Shown piece after piece: positions 25,576 to 39,200 of a stretch of 64,000 nucleotides of DNA. The DNA is from Octopus sinensis (taxonomy: Eukaryota), in NCBI RefSeq assembly GCF_006345805.1, contig NC_043001.1:31062001-31126000 (forward strand), read 5' to 3'. Position numbers and translations under genes: made by a program. Position 1 is the first letter of the stretch, and each line of letters starts with the position of its first letter. The notes beneath the pieces are model-generated. The model saw only the letters and a program-made list of their open reading frames with translations. It was not told the DNA's origin and did no database searches.

Positions 25576-25923
25576 ACCAGGCAGTGGCAGACATGGCTTT
25601 TGATCTTCATTGATTGGAAATGTTATCATGTACATGTTTTGATTTGGTATAAAATATGGGCTACAGCAAATATTCTGCTCAATACCACAGATTTACTTGT
25701 AAGTTGCTTGACCTTAGCCCTTAGTGGCTGACGATATTTACATCTCTGATCACGAGCAGAAGTAGTTGGGGGTGGGGGTCATCATAGCCTTGTGTTGAGG
25801 GGGATTCTTTGGGGTTTGAATAATTCACCTCTGGAAACATGGATGTTTTATTCATCTTCCTTAAACAAACCTTATTCAGAAACCTTTTGAGCGGGATGGA
25901 CTACTCGACCTGAAGAGAATTCT
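25576..25923 (+). mobile_element. Partial copy of the 560-bp (TAA)n-associated unit
   Basis: Diverged match to the first ~350 bp of 25976-26532, ending in (TAA)n. Confidence 0.8.
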
Positions 25924-25975
25924 AATAATAATAATAATAATAATAATAATATTAGAATAATAATAATAATAATAA

Positions 25976-26532
25976 ATGCCCTGATGCAGTACCAGGCAGT
26001 GGCTCTCATGGCTTCTGATCTTAACTGATTGGAAGTGTTATCATGTACATTGTTTTGTCTTGGTATAAAAGATGGGCTACAGCATATATTCTGCTCAATA
26101 CCACAGATTTGCTTGTCAGTTGTTTGACCTTAACCAGTTGAGCATGTCCCTTAATAGCTGACGATATGTGCATCTCTGATCACGAGCAGAAGTAGTGGGG
26201 GAGCATCATAGCCATGTATTGAGAGGGATTCTTTGGGGTATGGATAATTCACCTTTGGAAACATGGGTGTTTCGTTCAACATCCTTAAACAATCCTTATT
26301 CAGGGACCTTTTGAGCGGGATGGGCTACTCGATCAGAAGAAAATTCTAACTGGGCCCCCTCCTGCAAGATCATGTGCTGTTTATCTTGATATGAGATCAC
26401 CATGTCGCGCACATATGGTTGTGATACATGTGCCTGGTGTACCCTTATCAGACGGGTAGTCATGATGGGTATATTGGGCTTCGTATATTTTACCCCAGTG
26501 TCACTTTGATGGCATTAACTGCTCTCTCATTC
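25976..26532 (+). mobile_element. About 560-bp non-coding unit flanked by (AAT)n, full copy 1
   Basis: Same ends and high similarity to 28218-28765. Confidence 0.85.
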
Positions 26533-26584
<52 letters not shown>

Positions 26585-26585
<1 letters not shown>

Positions 26586-28116
26586 GTAACCATGAAAAGA
26601 GGAAAACTAGTTAAGAGTAACAACATCACACTAGATAAAACCAATGAAATAAAAGAATTAGACCAAAGCCAAACTTACAATACTTAGGAATCCATGAACT
26701 AGATAAGACACAACACACACAAATGAAAGAGAAAATAAAAAAGAATATTATAGACGAGTTAGATCAATACTAAAAACAGAGCTCAATGCTAAAAACAAGA
26801 TAATAGGTATCAACACTTTAGCTGTCCCAGTTATAAGTTACAGCTACAATATCCTTAACTGGACACGAAATGAACTGTCCAAAATAGATAGGAAAACAAG
26901 AAAAATACTGACAGGATCTAGGATGCATCACCCAAAATCTGACATAGAAAGACTATATATACAACGTATAGAAGGTGGTAGAGGCCTTATACAGCTGGAA
27001 AACTACTATAAAATAACCACCATAGGACTGCAAAAATATCTACTTCAGAAGGAAGGAAAACTGATCCAGATAGCAGCAAAACACGAGCAAATCAAAAAAC
27101 TGTTCTCAGTATTTAAGGAAGCTGACAAATACAAACAAGAAATCATACCACCTAATAAACACGAAGAAGAAGAAGAAGATGATGAAGAAACAACAAAAGC
27201 TATAAAACAAATGAAATCCAAACTAAAATAGAACAGCAACGAACCATGATAAAACGATGGCAAGAAAAGCCCCTTCATGGTAAATACTGCACTAAACTAA
27301 ACGCAAAAGAAATAGACAAAGAAAAATCCCAGCAATGGTTGAGAAGCTCAGGACTCAAAGCAGAAACAGAAGGATTTTTAATTGCAGCACAAGACCAAAG
27401 CCTCCCCACCAGAAATTACCAAAAACATGTAATGAAAAGAAATATTACAAGTAACTGCAGAATATGTGGAGATGGACAAGAAACAATACATCATATTATC
27501 TCTAGCTACCCAGTCCTGGCTAAGAAGGAATATATTCACAGACATGACAGAGTTGGAACCTACATACATTGGAAGCTATGCCAACATTATGGAATACAAC
27601 AGAAAAAAGATGGTATAGGCACACACCAGAAAAGGTCACAGAAAACGAGAAAGCAACCATACTCTGGGATATGCCGATACACACAGATAGAGAAATTAAG
27701 GCCAACAGACCAGATATAGTTGTCAGAGATCATGAAGAAAAAAATGCTTTCTAATTGATGTATCAATACCGGCAGATGACAACGTGTCTCTAAAAGAAAT
27801 GGAGAAACTCTCAAAATACAAAGACCTGGAAATAGAGGTAACTAGAATGTGGAATCTGAAAACAGAAACAATTCCTATCATAGTAGGTGCATTAGGCATG
27901 ATAAAAAAAATTCAGACAAATACATAACAAAAACACCAGGACTTACAAACACATATAACATACAGAAAATTGCACTACTAGGCACTGCACACATCCTACG
28001 CAGAACACTTTCCATACAATAACCATCAGAGCATCACAACAAATCACAGCACATACCCAAGGCACACAGAGCTGCGCTCGGTAGTGAAGTGAAAGCACGC
28101 TATAAAAATAAAACTA

Positions 28117-28119
<3 letters not shown>
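26585..28119 (+). mobile_element. 5'-truncated R4/Dong-clade LINE in (TAA)n
   Basis: HHPKSDIERLYIQRIEGGRGL, LHGKY, ETEGFLIAAQDQSL, CRICGDGQETIHHIISS (CCHC-type knuckle, last Cys mutated), NRPDIVV, EKLSKYKDL, LLGTAHILRR; TAA stop at 28020; (AAT)n on both sides. Confidence 0.93.
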
Positions 28120-28199
<80 letters not shown>

Positions 28200-28217
28200 T
28201 AACAATAATAATAATAA

Positions 28218-28765
28218 ATGCTATGATGCAGTACCAGGCAGTGGCTCTCATGGCTTCTGATATTAACTGATTGGAAGTGTTATCATGTACATTGGTATAA
28301 AAGATGGGCTACAGCAAATATTCTGCTCAATACCACAGATTTGCTTGTCAGTTGTTTGATCTTAATCAGTTGAGCATGTACTCTAGTGGCTGACGATATG
28401 TGCATCTCTGATCACGATCAGAAGTAGTAGGGGAGCATCATAGCCATGTGTTGAGAGGGATTCTTTGGGGTTTGAATAATTCACCTCTGGAAATATGGGT
28501 GCTTCGTTCAACATCCTTAAACAACCCTTATTCAGGGACCTTTTGAGTGGGATGGCTTACTCGACCAGAAGAAAATTCTAACTGTGCCCCACTTGCAAGG
28601 TCATTCGCTGTTTATCTAGACATGAGATCACCATGTCGCGCACATGTGGTTGTTATGCATGTGCCTAGTGTACACTTATCAGACGGGTAGTCATGATGGG
28701 TATACTGGACTTTGTATATTTTACCCCAGTGTGGCACTTTGATGGCATGCACTGCTCTCTCACTC
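28218..28765 (+). mobile_element. About 560-bp non-coding unit flanked by (AAT)n, full copy 2
   Basis: atgctatgatgcagtaccaggcagtggc ... ctctctcactc, matching copy 1. Confidence 0.85.
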
Positions 28766-28799
<34 letters not shown>

Positions 28800-28816
28800 T
28801 AATAATAATAATAATA

Positions 28817-28847
<31 letters not shown>

Positions 28848-29241
28848 AAGAAGAAGAAGAAAAAGAAGAAGAAGAAGAAGACAAATGTCATGGACATTCT
28901 TTGTTTTGATTTTGATTAAACAGTAAAAAGTATCCTTTGTGATTAGAAGATCTGGTTTTTGTATTTTGCAAGTCGAACCGACCACTTAGATGCTCTTCCA
29001 TTGGTCAACTGCTATGAGATGCATCCATCGGTTTAATCGACTCCAGAGGTGTACACCGATTTCATCAATTTATTTTATCAACCATGGAGCAAACGAAAAG
29101 CTAAGTTAACTATAGCGAGATTTGAACTTGAGACAAAAATGGATGTAACTAAAAAATAGCGGGTTTTCTGGTTCGAATGTATAGTAATGCATCCACCATC
29201 TGCATTCTCAATACCACACATTCGGTGGTACATCCACTCTG

Positions 29242-29562
29242 GCACTCCGTCGATTACGACGATGAGGGTTCTAGTTGATCCGATCAATGGAACAGCCTGC
29301 TCGTGAAATTAACATGCAAATGGCTGAGCACTCCACAGACACATGTGCCCTTAACGCAGTTCTCAGGGAGATTCAGCATGACATAAGATGTGATAGGGAT
29401 GGCCCTTCGAAATACAAGTACCACTCACTTTTGCCATTTGAGTAGACTGGAGCAACGTGAAAAAAAGTGTCTTGCTCAAGGACACGACGCATCGTCGGGA
29501 ATCGAACCCACGACCTTACGATTGTAAGCCGAATGCCACTAACCATTAGGCCATGCGCCTCC
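29242..29562 (-). mobile_element. tRNA-derived SINE family C
   Basis: Head ggaggcgcatggcctaatggttag, box B gggttcgattcc; tail shared with family B. Confidence 0.85.
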
Positions 29563-30823
29563 ACACATCCACTCTACTTTACAGTCATATAACATTAATT
29601 CAGCATGAGAGAGAGACCACATTTGTTTGTCTTTCCTTACGTGGTTCCTTTCTCAAGAACATGGTACTCAAGCTCTCCCTCTCTCCCTTCTACTCTCTTT
29701 CTCTTTCTCTACCACTCGCACTCTCTCTATTTCCTTAATCTATTCTTTTCTCGCCCTACTTTTTAAATTCCTCTTTTTATATGCTTGTCTATTATATTTT
29801 CCCCGCTTCATTAAAATTTTTATAGCATTCTTTCTTTCCTTCCTTCCTTATCTTCATCTCCCCCTTATACACGCAAACATATATACAGATGTACATGCTC
29901 ACCCATAAAGACATACAAAAGTTGCCACCTTCATATATATATGTGTGTGTGTGTGTGAGTGGATGTGTGCGTGTGCGTATACACTAATGTATATTGTTCA
30001 AATATTTGCTTGCAGCATCTACTTAAACAACAAAGACAAATAAAGATGTGTTAAATACTACACAAGATAAATTTTTGATCTATCGAAGTCATTTCCGGTT
30101 CCAGAGAAGGTAGAACAATTACTTGGTGGTTGTTTGGACTTACTCCAAATGAGAAGGAGAAATAATCTCAAGAATCAAGAATGCACCAGAACTGTGAAGC
30201 CATTAAGGAAAAACTCTGATTAGCGGAGAAAAGGTGAATAGATAGGAATGAATATTTCTGCCTCGACGTCATCAGCACAGCAATAAATGAAGCAAAAATG
30301 ACCAAAGGGAAATAACTTTGAGTAGTCAGTTACATGCCTTTGTAGAGTACATAAGAATTTAACAAAATACAACAATCCTAATTCATTACAATCGAGAGTG
30401 ATTTTCATAATTTTTTAAAAGATATTTTGAAGCTGCGATTTAAATCTCTAGCTTGTGTTGTTGTTGTTATTGGTGGTGGTGGTGGTTGTGGTGGTGGGGT
30501 GGGGGTGGAGAGGGGTGTGTGAAGTTTAGGGAGTTGGTGCTACTGATGGCGGCTGTGAAGGCGGCGGTGGTGATGGTTGTGGTGGTGTGACACTGAAAGA
30601 AAAATCTGACACACCATATCGAATAAAATAAAAAATATACATTCACAAAAATTATCGCAGGAATAATGTATTATTTCTTTACAAACATCTTCTCGATTAG
30701 ACGGGTCAGTTAAACGAGTGTCTCACATTTATGGTGTTATGTCAAAAATAACCGAATTAGATTTAAAAGAAACAAGAAAATAAAAGATTTTGTGTAGGTA
30801 TGTTTATGTAGGCATACATGTGA

Positions 30824-30881
<58 letters not shown>

Positions 30882-30882
<1 letters not shown>

Positions 30883-31355
30883 CAGCCAAATGGCTGGCTG
30901 GATTCTGAGATCATTCAGAGCAAGTAACATGGACACTATACTGTGAACATTTGTTCACAGTTACGGTCGACTCATAGTGTCAAACTAACGGCGAAATTTG
31001 AGGTTATTCATCTCTGTTGCACCAAGAAAACTATCCGAATGCAACAGATGAGCCACTGGACGAGGCTTTAAAAAAAGCGAACTTTTATTCCCCAGAACGA
31101 AAATGTGAAAAATATGCAGTGCAGTAAGTATATGGAAGTTCCTGGAAATTCTAGTCCCAAACTTTGTGACTAAAACCTTTAGTAGCCATCGAACTGGACA
31201 CCACTGTATATTACCAAAGATCCCACTCTCTTCAGTAAGGAACCAATACTGTAACAGCTTAGGGTTCACAGATCCACAGTTTACCAAGACATTCGTAAAT
31301 CTAGATGTATTTAAAGAGGCTTTAGACAAATTTATATCTGAAGTATCAGATGAAC
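30882..31355 (+). mobile_element. CR1/L2-like LINE 3' fragment
   Basis: RTGHHCILPKIP..RNQYCNSLGF..DVFKEALDKFISEVSDE C-terminal pattern. Confidence 0.6.
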
Positions 31356-31362
31356 TTATATT

Positions 31363-31595
31363 AAGGCGGCGAGCTGGCAGACACGTTAGCACGCCGGGCG
31401 AAATGTGTAGCCGTATTTCGTCTGCCGTTACGTTCTGAGTTCAAATTCCGCCGGGTCGACTTTACCTTTCATCCTTTCAGGGTCGATAAATAAAGTACCA
31501 GTTTCGCAACTGGGGTCGTTGTAATCGACTTAATTCCTTTGTCTGTCCTTGTTTGTCCCCTCTGTGTTTAGCTCCTTGTGGGCAGTAAAGAAATA
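31363..31595 (+). mobile_element. SINE family A with TSD
   Basis: tatattaaggc at 31357-31367 and 31596-31606. Confidence 0.9.
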
Positions 31596-31839
31596 TATAT
31601 TAAGGCAAGAAACGCAAACAAGAAAACCCTTATCCACTCTGATTTCCGGGAAGCACTCTCTGTGAGAGGGACGTGAATATGAAATGAAATAAAGTAATAA
31701 TAGCAAGGGTGGTGCCTCAGTACCGACAAAATTGTTTTCTTTTCTGTTTTTAATTCTTCTTTTTAAATTCTTCCATTGAAAGAGCTGGTTTCTAACAAAG
31801 ATACAAAGTTCCATTGTTGGAATGTAGATAGCGAAAACA

Positions 31840-32041
31840 ATGTATGTATGTATGTATGTATGTATGTATGTATGTATGTATGTATGTATGTATGTATGTA
31901 TGTATGTATGTATGTATGTATGTATGTATGTATGTATGTATGTATGTATGTATGTATGTATGTATGTATGTATGTATGTATGTATGTATGTATGTATGTA
32001 TGTATGTATGTATGTATGTATGTATGTATGTATGTATGTAT
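31840..32041. repeat. Perfect (TATG)n microsatellite, about 50 units
   Basis: Uninterrupted tetranucleotide run. Confidence 0.98.
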
Positions 32042-32112
32042 CCGCCGTTATGAAGGAAATAACGGGATTTACTCAGAGTTGCAGCGCATGTTAGGGAGTT
32101 ACTTCCCTTGAT

Positions 32113-32367
32113 ACTCTTTTACTCTTTTACTTGTTTCAGTCATTTGACTGTGGCCACCATGGAGCACCACCTTTAGTCGAGCAAATCGACCCCAGGACTT
32201 ATTCTTTGGAAGCCTAGTACTTATTCTATCGGCCTCTTTTGCCGAACCGCTAAGTTACGGGGACGTAAACACACCAGCATCGGTTGTCAAGCAATGTTGG
32301 GGGGACAAACACAGACACACAAACATATACACACAGACATGCATACATACATACATACATACATACA

Positions 32368-32399
<32 letters not shown>

Positions 32400-32535
32400 C
32401 ACGACGAGCTTCTTTCAGTTTCCGTCTACCAAATCCACTCAAAAGACTTTTGTCGGCCCGAGGCTATACTAGAAGACACTTGCTCAAGGTGCCACGCAGT
32501 GGGACTGAACCCAGAACCATGTGGTTCGTAAGCAG
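32113..32535 (-). mobile_element. tRNA-derived SINE family D (internal microsatellite), head truncated
   Basis: Homologous to 60862-61352; other fragments at 38478-38600, 44521-44660, 51975-52075 and 62905-63110. Confidence 0.88.
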
Positions 32536-32676
32536 AGTAAGTCTGCGAAGAATTTTTCTCAGTGTACATCAGAATCTCTCAGAATTTATTTGGTGTTATA
32601 ACATAGACAGCGCAGGTGAAAATAGACACACACTGACACAGAAATACACGCACACAAATTCACGCGCGGTCACATG

Positions 32677-32708
<32 letters not shown>

Positions 32709-33289
32709 AATACGCACACAAACAGACACACACACGCACACAAATAGACACCGGTATAATTGGCAAAAAGAGCTGCAGAAACTACAAGTCATGTGATATT
32801 TTCAGATCGAAGACCCGCTCTAATTGTTTATTACAGAGTGATTTCTGCCACACACGCAAACTCAATGGTCATGTGATGGCCTTTGACAGTTTATTAATCC
32901 GAACCACAGATTAGGTATACCAACAAAAAACAGGTACAAAACTTCCATGCCGTTTTTCTCTGTCAGTTCTTAGAATCACCTTGTGATTATAGCTGAATGA
33001 TAGTTGCCCAAAGTGTCGCGCAATGGGATTGAATTCAGAACCACGTAGTTTACAAAGGAAATTTTTCTAACCGGCGCCTAGCTTTTGTCAGTTATAGATG
33101 TAGGGGCAGAAAACTCATGCTGCGATTTTCCTGGGACTAAACTTACCGATTCAGAATTGAGGATTATATATTTGAAGGGAAATAACTCTGATATCTCACA
33201 GATGAACAAATGAAAAACAAACAAAAGAGAAACGATGATGTTAAAGGGAGATAATTCTCATATATTTTTAACGCTGTGGGTGTGCATTG

Positions 33290-33810
33290 TATTGTTAAAT
33301 ACATGCGCGCTTGTGGGCGCGTGTCTCAGTAGAATTTGTTACTTCCTTTCGTTCTTGTTGAATGAAGAATGGAATGTGGGGCTGGTATCAGAATGTCAAG
33401 TTTAATGCAATTTTAATCCATACTTGATGTGTACTTGATGTGAGGTCTTAGGATATGGACAACGTAGCGCTACGCTGTGATGCCATTCTTTCTACCTGCA
33501 CCAACATTTTGGAACACATAGGGCCCAATTCTCTGATTCGGGGGCTATAGTACCCCAAACCATGATGCTTTGGCCACCCCACGCGTCTCTCTCCATGACA
33601 CATGCGCCTCTTTAGTGTTCACCTCTCATGTGTCACAAACCCTCACTCTGCCATCCGAGGTGGAAACGCAGTACTAGCGCCGTCAGAGAAGACTATCGAC
33701 CTCCATTGTTGATGCCGCTAATATCGGTGCCGTGTGGCCCACTGTAGTCATGCCTGACGAGTTGAAAGATTACCTGCAATTTGGGTCTCAGCCATAAACC
33801 AGCATGTCTT
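33290..33810 (-). mobile_element. Tc1-like transposase fragment
   Basis: Broken frames give QWRSIVFSD, GGQSIMVWGTI, NGITA*RYVVHILRPH. Confidence 0.7.
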
Positions 33811-34027
33811 GGAATATATACACTTACATCCCCGAAATAAATTTTCAGAATTTACCATATAAAAACGACATTTGAAAAAATCGCGCTTCTTTAGCGGTTC
33901 AGAGTATATAACTCCTGACCAGTACAGAAAAGCTGAAGGTTCGCCATATGTTTCCTGCTATGACCAACCTGTCTGTTTCTTTTTTTCCACACTCGAGGGT
34001 AAGAAAACTTCGCAAATATATTTCTAG

Positions 34028-34410
34028 TAGAGGGCAGCGAGCTGGCAGAATCTTTTGCGCGCTGGACGAAATGCCCACGTTCTGGGCTCAAATTCCGCCG
34101 AGGTCGACTTTGCCTTTCATCCTTTCGGGGTCGATTAAATAAGTACCAGTTACGCACTGGGGTCGATATAATCGACTTAATCCGTTTGTCTGTCCTTGTT
34201 TGTTCTCTCTGTGTTTAGCTCCTTCTGGGTAGTAAAGAAATAGGTATTTCGTCTTCCGCGACGTTCTAAGTTCAAATCCCATCGAGGTCGACTTTGCCTT
34301 TCATCCTTTCGGGGTCGATTAAATAAGTACCAGTTACACACTTAATCGACTTAATCCGTTTCTCTGTTCTTGTTTGTCGCCTCTGTGTTTAGCCCTCTGT
34401 GGACAATAAA
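34028..34410 (+). mobile_element. SINE family A dimer
   Basis: Headed unit joined to a head-truncated unit at gaaataggtatttc (34237-34250). Confidence 0.88.
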
Positions 34411-34669
34411 GTAATAAATATATTCCTAGTAGATTGCGTAACCATGTAGAAGCTCTTTCATTTGCTGTATTATATAGGAGAGCAGTAATGGTGGAGATGG
34501 TAAATTTTGGAACTAAATATTTGCTAAAATACAGTAATTCTTATCCATAGCAGTTTCAAGTTCGAATGCTAGTTATATCACACATCATGAATGTAAGCTG
34601 GCACAAATATTCTCCAAGTTTAAATATTTATAACAGTGTTTATAAGTCATAGGTTTAGTGGAAAATATA

Positions 34670-35470
34670 TTCTTTACTACTCTAGGCACAAGGCCCGAAA
34701 TTTTGGGGGAGGGGCCCAGTCGATTAGATCAACCCCATTACGCAACTGGTACTTAATTTATCGACTCTGAAAGGATGAAATGCAAAGTCGACTTGGGAGG
34801 AATTTGAACTCAGAACGTAAAGACAGACGAAATATCGCAAAGCATTTCGCCCGGCATACCAACGTTTCTTATTTCTTTATAGCCCACAAGGGGCTAAACA
34901 TAGAGGGAGCAAACAAGGACAGACAGAGGGATTAAGTCGGTTATATCGACCCCGGAGCGTAACAGGTACTTAATTTATCGACCCCGAAAGGATGAAAGGC
35001 AAAGTCGACGTCGGCGAAATTTGAACTCAGAACTTAAAGACAGACGAAATACCGATTTCTTTACTACCTACAAGGAGCTAAACACAGAGAGGACAAACAA
35101 GGACAGACAAACGGATTAAGTCGATTATATCGACTTCAGTGCGTAACTGGTACTTATTTAAGCGACCCCGAAAGGATGAAAGTCAAAGTCAACCTCGGCG
35201 GAATTTGAACTCAGAACGTAGCGGCAGACGAAATACCTATTTCTTTACTACCCACAATTGGCTAAACACAGAGGGGACAAACAAAGACAGACAAACGGAT
35301 TAAATCGATTACATCGACCACAGTGCATAACTGGTACTTATTTAATCGACCCCGAAAGGATGAAAGGCAAAGTCGACCTCGGCGGAATTTGAACTCAGAA
35401 TGTAACGGCAGACGAAATACGGCAACGCACTTCGCCCAGCGTGCTAACGTTTCTGCCAGCTCACCGCCTT
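34670..35470 (-). mobile_element. SINE family A array (trimer plus one adjacent copy)
   Basis: Four cores; junctions at 35046-35059 and 35230-35243. Confidence 0.88.
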
Positions 35471-35509
35471 TAATGGAAAATGCATTAATATCTTAAATAT
35501 ATTTAGTGT

Positions 35510-35834
35510 GTAGGCGCGAGGCTTAGTGGTTAGGGTATTCGGTCCACGACCTTACGGTCCTGAGTTCGATTCACGGTGGCATGTTGTGTCCTTAAGCAAG
35601 ACGCTGTATTTCACGTTTCTCCAGTCCACTCAGCTGGCAAAAATGAATAGTACATGTATTTCAAAGGGCCAATCCTTGTCACATTCTGTGTTGCGCTGAA
35701 TCTCCCTGAGAACTACGTTAAGTGTATGCGTGTCTGTGGAGTGCTCAGCCGCGTGCACGTTTATTTCACGAGCAGGCTGTTCCGTTGATCGGATCAACTG
35801 GAACCCTTGTCATCGTCATAACTGACGGAGTGCA
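35510..35834 (+). mobile_element. tRNA-derived SINE family C with 11-bp TSD
   Basis: atatttagtgt at 35499-35509 and 35835-35845. Confidence 0.9.
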
Positions 35835-36232
35835 ATATTTAGTGTAATTTTTTTATCCGTGTCTGCTAACAAATCTTAAAATATTGATGCACTCACTCAC
35901 TGATCAACACGGTTTAATACGTCTACAGACGACCTTGACTATAATAAATATTGGCATTTCAGTAAGATGAAAGCAATTTACCAATGACGGGGAAAAACAG
36001 CATCAAATATCAACATTCAATATCGAATGATACAACGCATGATCTTAGCGTTGTTATTTATGCAAAACTTTGATCTGTCATATTCAAATAAAATATATCT
36101 AGAAGAGAGAGAGAGAGAGGGAGAGAGAGAGGAGAGAGGGAAAGAAAAATGAAAAAAAAAGAGAGATAAATAGATATGCATACATTTGTGTATTATATGT
36201 ATATTATATTATCTATATATTATATATATAAA

Positions 36233-39200
36233 CTAGCAGAATTGCCCGCGATGCTCGGGGCTGAAAGGCTTGAAAGTACTGTTAATGATTGCACTGAATT
36301 ATGATGATTATTCAGGCAAATATTGATATAAGTTTACGGCGAATGAATGTATTTGTAAGTGTATAGAAAGCCGTGTAAAGGGGTTCCTAACCCCTCGTAG
36401 AATGGTGTAAGAATTGAATGTGAGGTTGCCTTGAAAAGAGCCATGTTATTGTTCTCATAATTCTAAGAATTTGATAGTCGTGGAAGGCGGTGTAAAACGT
36501 TCGCAGGTGAATAGGGTCTCTTCGTTTTCCACGAACAGCGGATGTGCTGTTACAAAACTTTATGCTGTGTTAAAAGAGAATGGATGCCCTATGTAGGCAA
36601 GAGGGGAATGAAGCATGGGTAAGTAAATATGGGTAATTTATAAAATATAGAACAATAGCATCTCACTCACCATATGTCAGACCGGCAAGACTGTAGTGGT
36701 GCTGAATAGATAATCACAACACAGTGGTGGAGATGTTTTCATTGATGGGCGTTATGATTAAATTTGCTGTTGTATAAAATGATCTGTTGCTTAGTTTCCA
36801 AAGTGTATGTTGCGATCGTGTTGTCGCTTATGTAAACTTTAACAGTGAGAGTGTAGATGTTGGGGGTAGATGTGTCATGTACGTTGGATATAGAAGATGA
36901 GGCTGGTAGTTTGATGATGAATGGATAGAAATAGAGGTGAGCGAAGGACAGGTATTGGTTAAGTGTGAATTAATGTCATGAAACGCCTAAAAATGTAAAT
37001 GCCATCATAAAAGAGAGTCGTATGTAAGTGAAATACTAATGTGTTCGAAAAGGATGAAACGTAGTAATCCTATAAAACCTCCTTGTACACAATGTTTTTC
37101 GTTTTTCGTTGTGGAACGAATGCGAAGGCATCACTGTTGCTGCCGACACGCGAGCAGGCAACATAAAACTGACCATGAGAGAAACATGGCTCTCCCAAAT
37201 GTATTCCCGCCACAGACAGTGTTTGACCCTGCGCTTTATTAATTGACATTGCGAAACATGGCCTTACTGGGGAACTGGGACCTCCGAATATGAAAGGTAG
37301 GTCTGCTCCTGATGGAAAAGATGCATCCTAGGTATGAGCACAACGTTGCCTCGACCGCACCCTGTGATAATGGTGGCCTCAATCAGATTGGGAGATAAGG
37401 ACTTAACGATCAAACGTGTGCCATTGCATTGTTTTGGGGGAACCAAATTTCTAATGAGCATTATAGGGGCACCAACTTTAAGTTTGAGAATGTGTGGTGG
37501 TCCGGGGGGCTCAAAGGAATTGAGTACCCCTATTGGATAGTTGATGACGTCCTCTGGGTCAGGAATTGTATCGATAGACTTATATACATAGACATCCCCA
37601 GGAATGAGTTTCATCATTAATATGGTGAACAGTTTTATTCCTCGGGGCCAGAATAGCCCTTTGGCCAAGCCAATCCAATCCATATTCTGATTATTAGCTT
37701 GTAGATCTGGGAACACTGCATCTCTGAGATCAGAAGGCATTTTAACAATGGTACAAATGGAATCGATGGCAATATTACCATTTTCATCCCCTGGTATTTT
37801 GCCTTCGCCAAGTGCAGGAGGGTGTGAGAAAATGCTGCTGATGTGATATCACGTCGCATATGAGCATGCATATTGGTGTGAAGTTTGAGAGTCTTCACCA
37901 GTGGCCACAATGTGGATGACTTAAGACACGCACTTACTGCATCAGCTGTAGTCCCTTGGGAATAACGGGAAGTGTTTGTCGGAAGTCCCCTGAAAGAAGA
38001 AGTGTTATGCCTCCCATGGGAGCTGAAGAGTGTTTGATGTCTCTGAGAGATCTATCTAGTGCCTCAAGAGCACCATGTGGGCCATCGTGCATTCATCCCA
38101 AACGATAAGCTTGCATCGTCTGAAGACTTCTGCCTGATCGGAGCTGTTACTGATGTTGCAAATTGGTGTCTCAGTCTCGCTAAGTCAAGCGGGAGCTTGA
38201 AAGTGGAGTGAGCTGTCCTGCTGCCTGCCAACAAAGTAGCAGCAATTCCAGATGATGACACAGCTAGGGCAATGCCTTGTGTTCGCCTAATCTCAGCCAA
38301 TATTAATTTGTTGACAAAAGTTTTCCCAGTGACCCCAGGAGCGTCCAGGAAAAAAATTCCCCCAGCTTTGGCCCGGACTGAATTAACAACGGAGTTGTAA
38401 GCGAACTTCTGTTCTGGAAGGAGCTTTGGCTCATTGTCGGCTATGTACTCGGCAAGCTCGTCAACATTAAAACATGTCTCACGCAGCAAATGTGAAGACA
38501 GAGTGTTTGTGCCTACACATGCCAAGTCACCACACAGTGGGACTGAACCCAGACCATGTGTTTGGACGTAGTTTGTTACCACACAGCCACACCTGCCCCT
38601 ATGTATGTGTGTGTGTGCGCATGTGTGTATGGGTAGATATATTATGCATGTATATATGTTTATATATATTGTGTACATATTACATGTACAACTATATATA
38701 TACATCTACACATAAAATACAAAATACTAAGTTATATCTTGATATCGCTAGTGATACACAATACTGAAAATATAACAGACTGAATTGTAGGCCTGTCTCT
38801 TGCAATTTCGATCAATTGGATCTTGTCCTCCCGCTTGTATAGAAGTGTACTGCTGCAGCGAAATGCATTTTGGACTTTCTGCTATCGAAGGCATTTTAAC
38901 AAAATGCTTCCGTAAAGACGGTGAAAATATTGTCAATTTCCCGAAACAGGGACACATTTCAATTTTGAAACAATAACCAAAGCCCCTTCTCCGGGGTTAC
39001 GGTTACAATTATTTAACAAATGCCACACACAACACGTTTCCCTGACGAGCGGAAACAACAAACGTGATTACAATAGTCAAACAGTAATAATAATAACAAC
39101 AAACCTTTTTAATTTATCCCCATTTATGTGAAACCACTTATTCAAGTTCAAGTCATTGATGTATTTTATACGAATTGCAATACATACACACACCACACAC

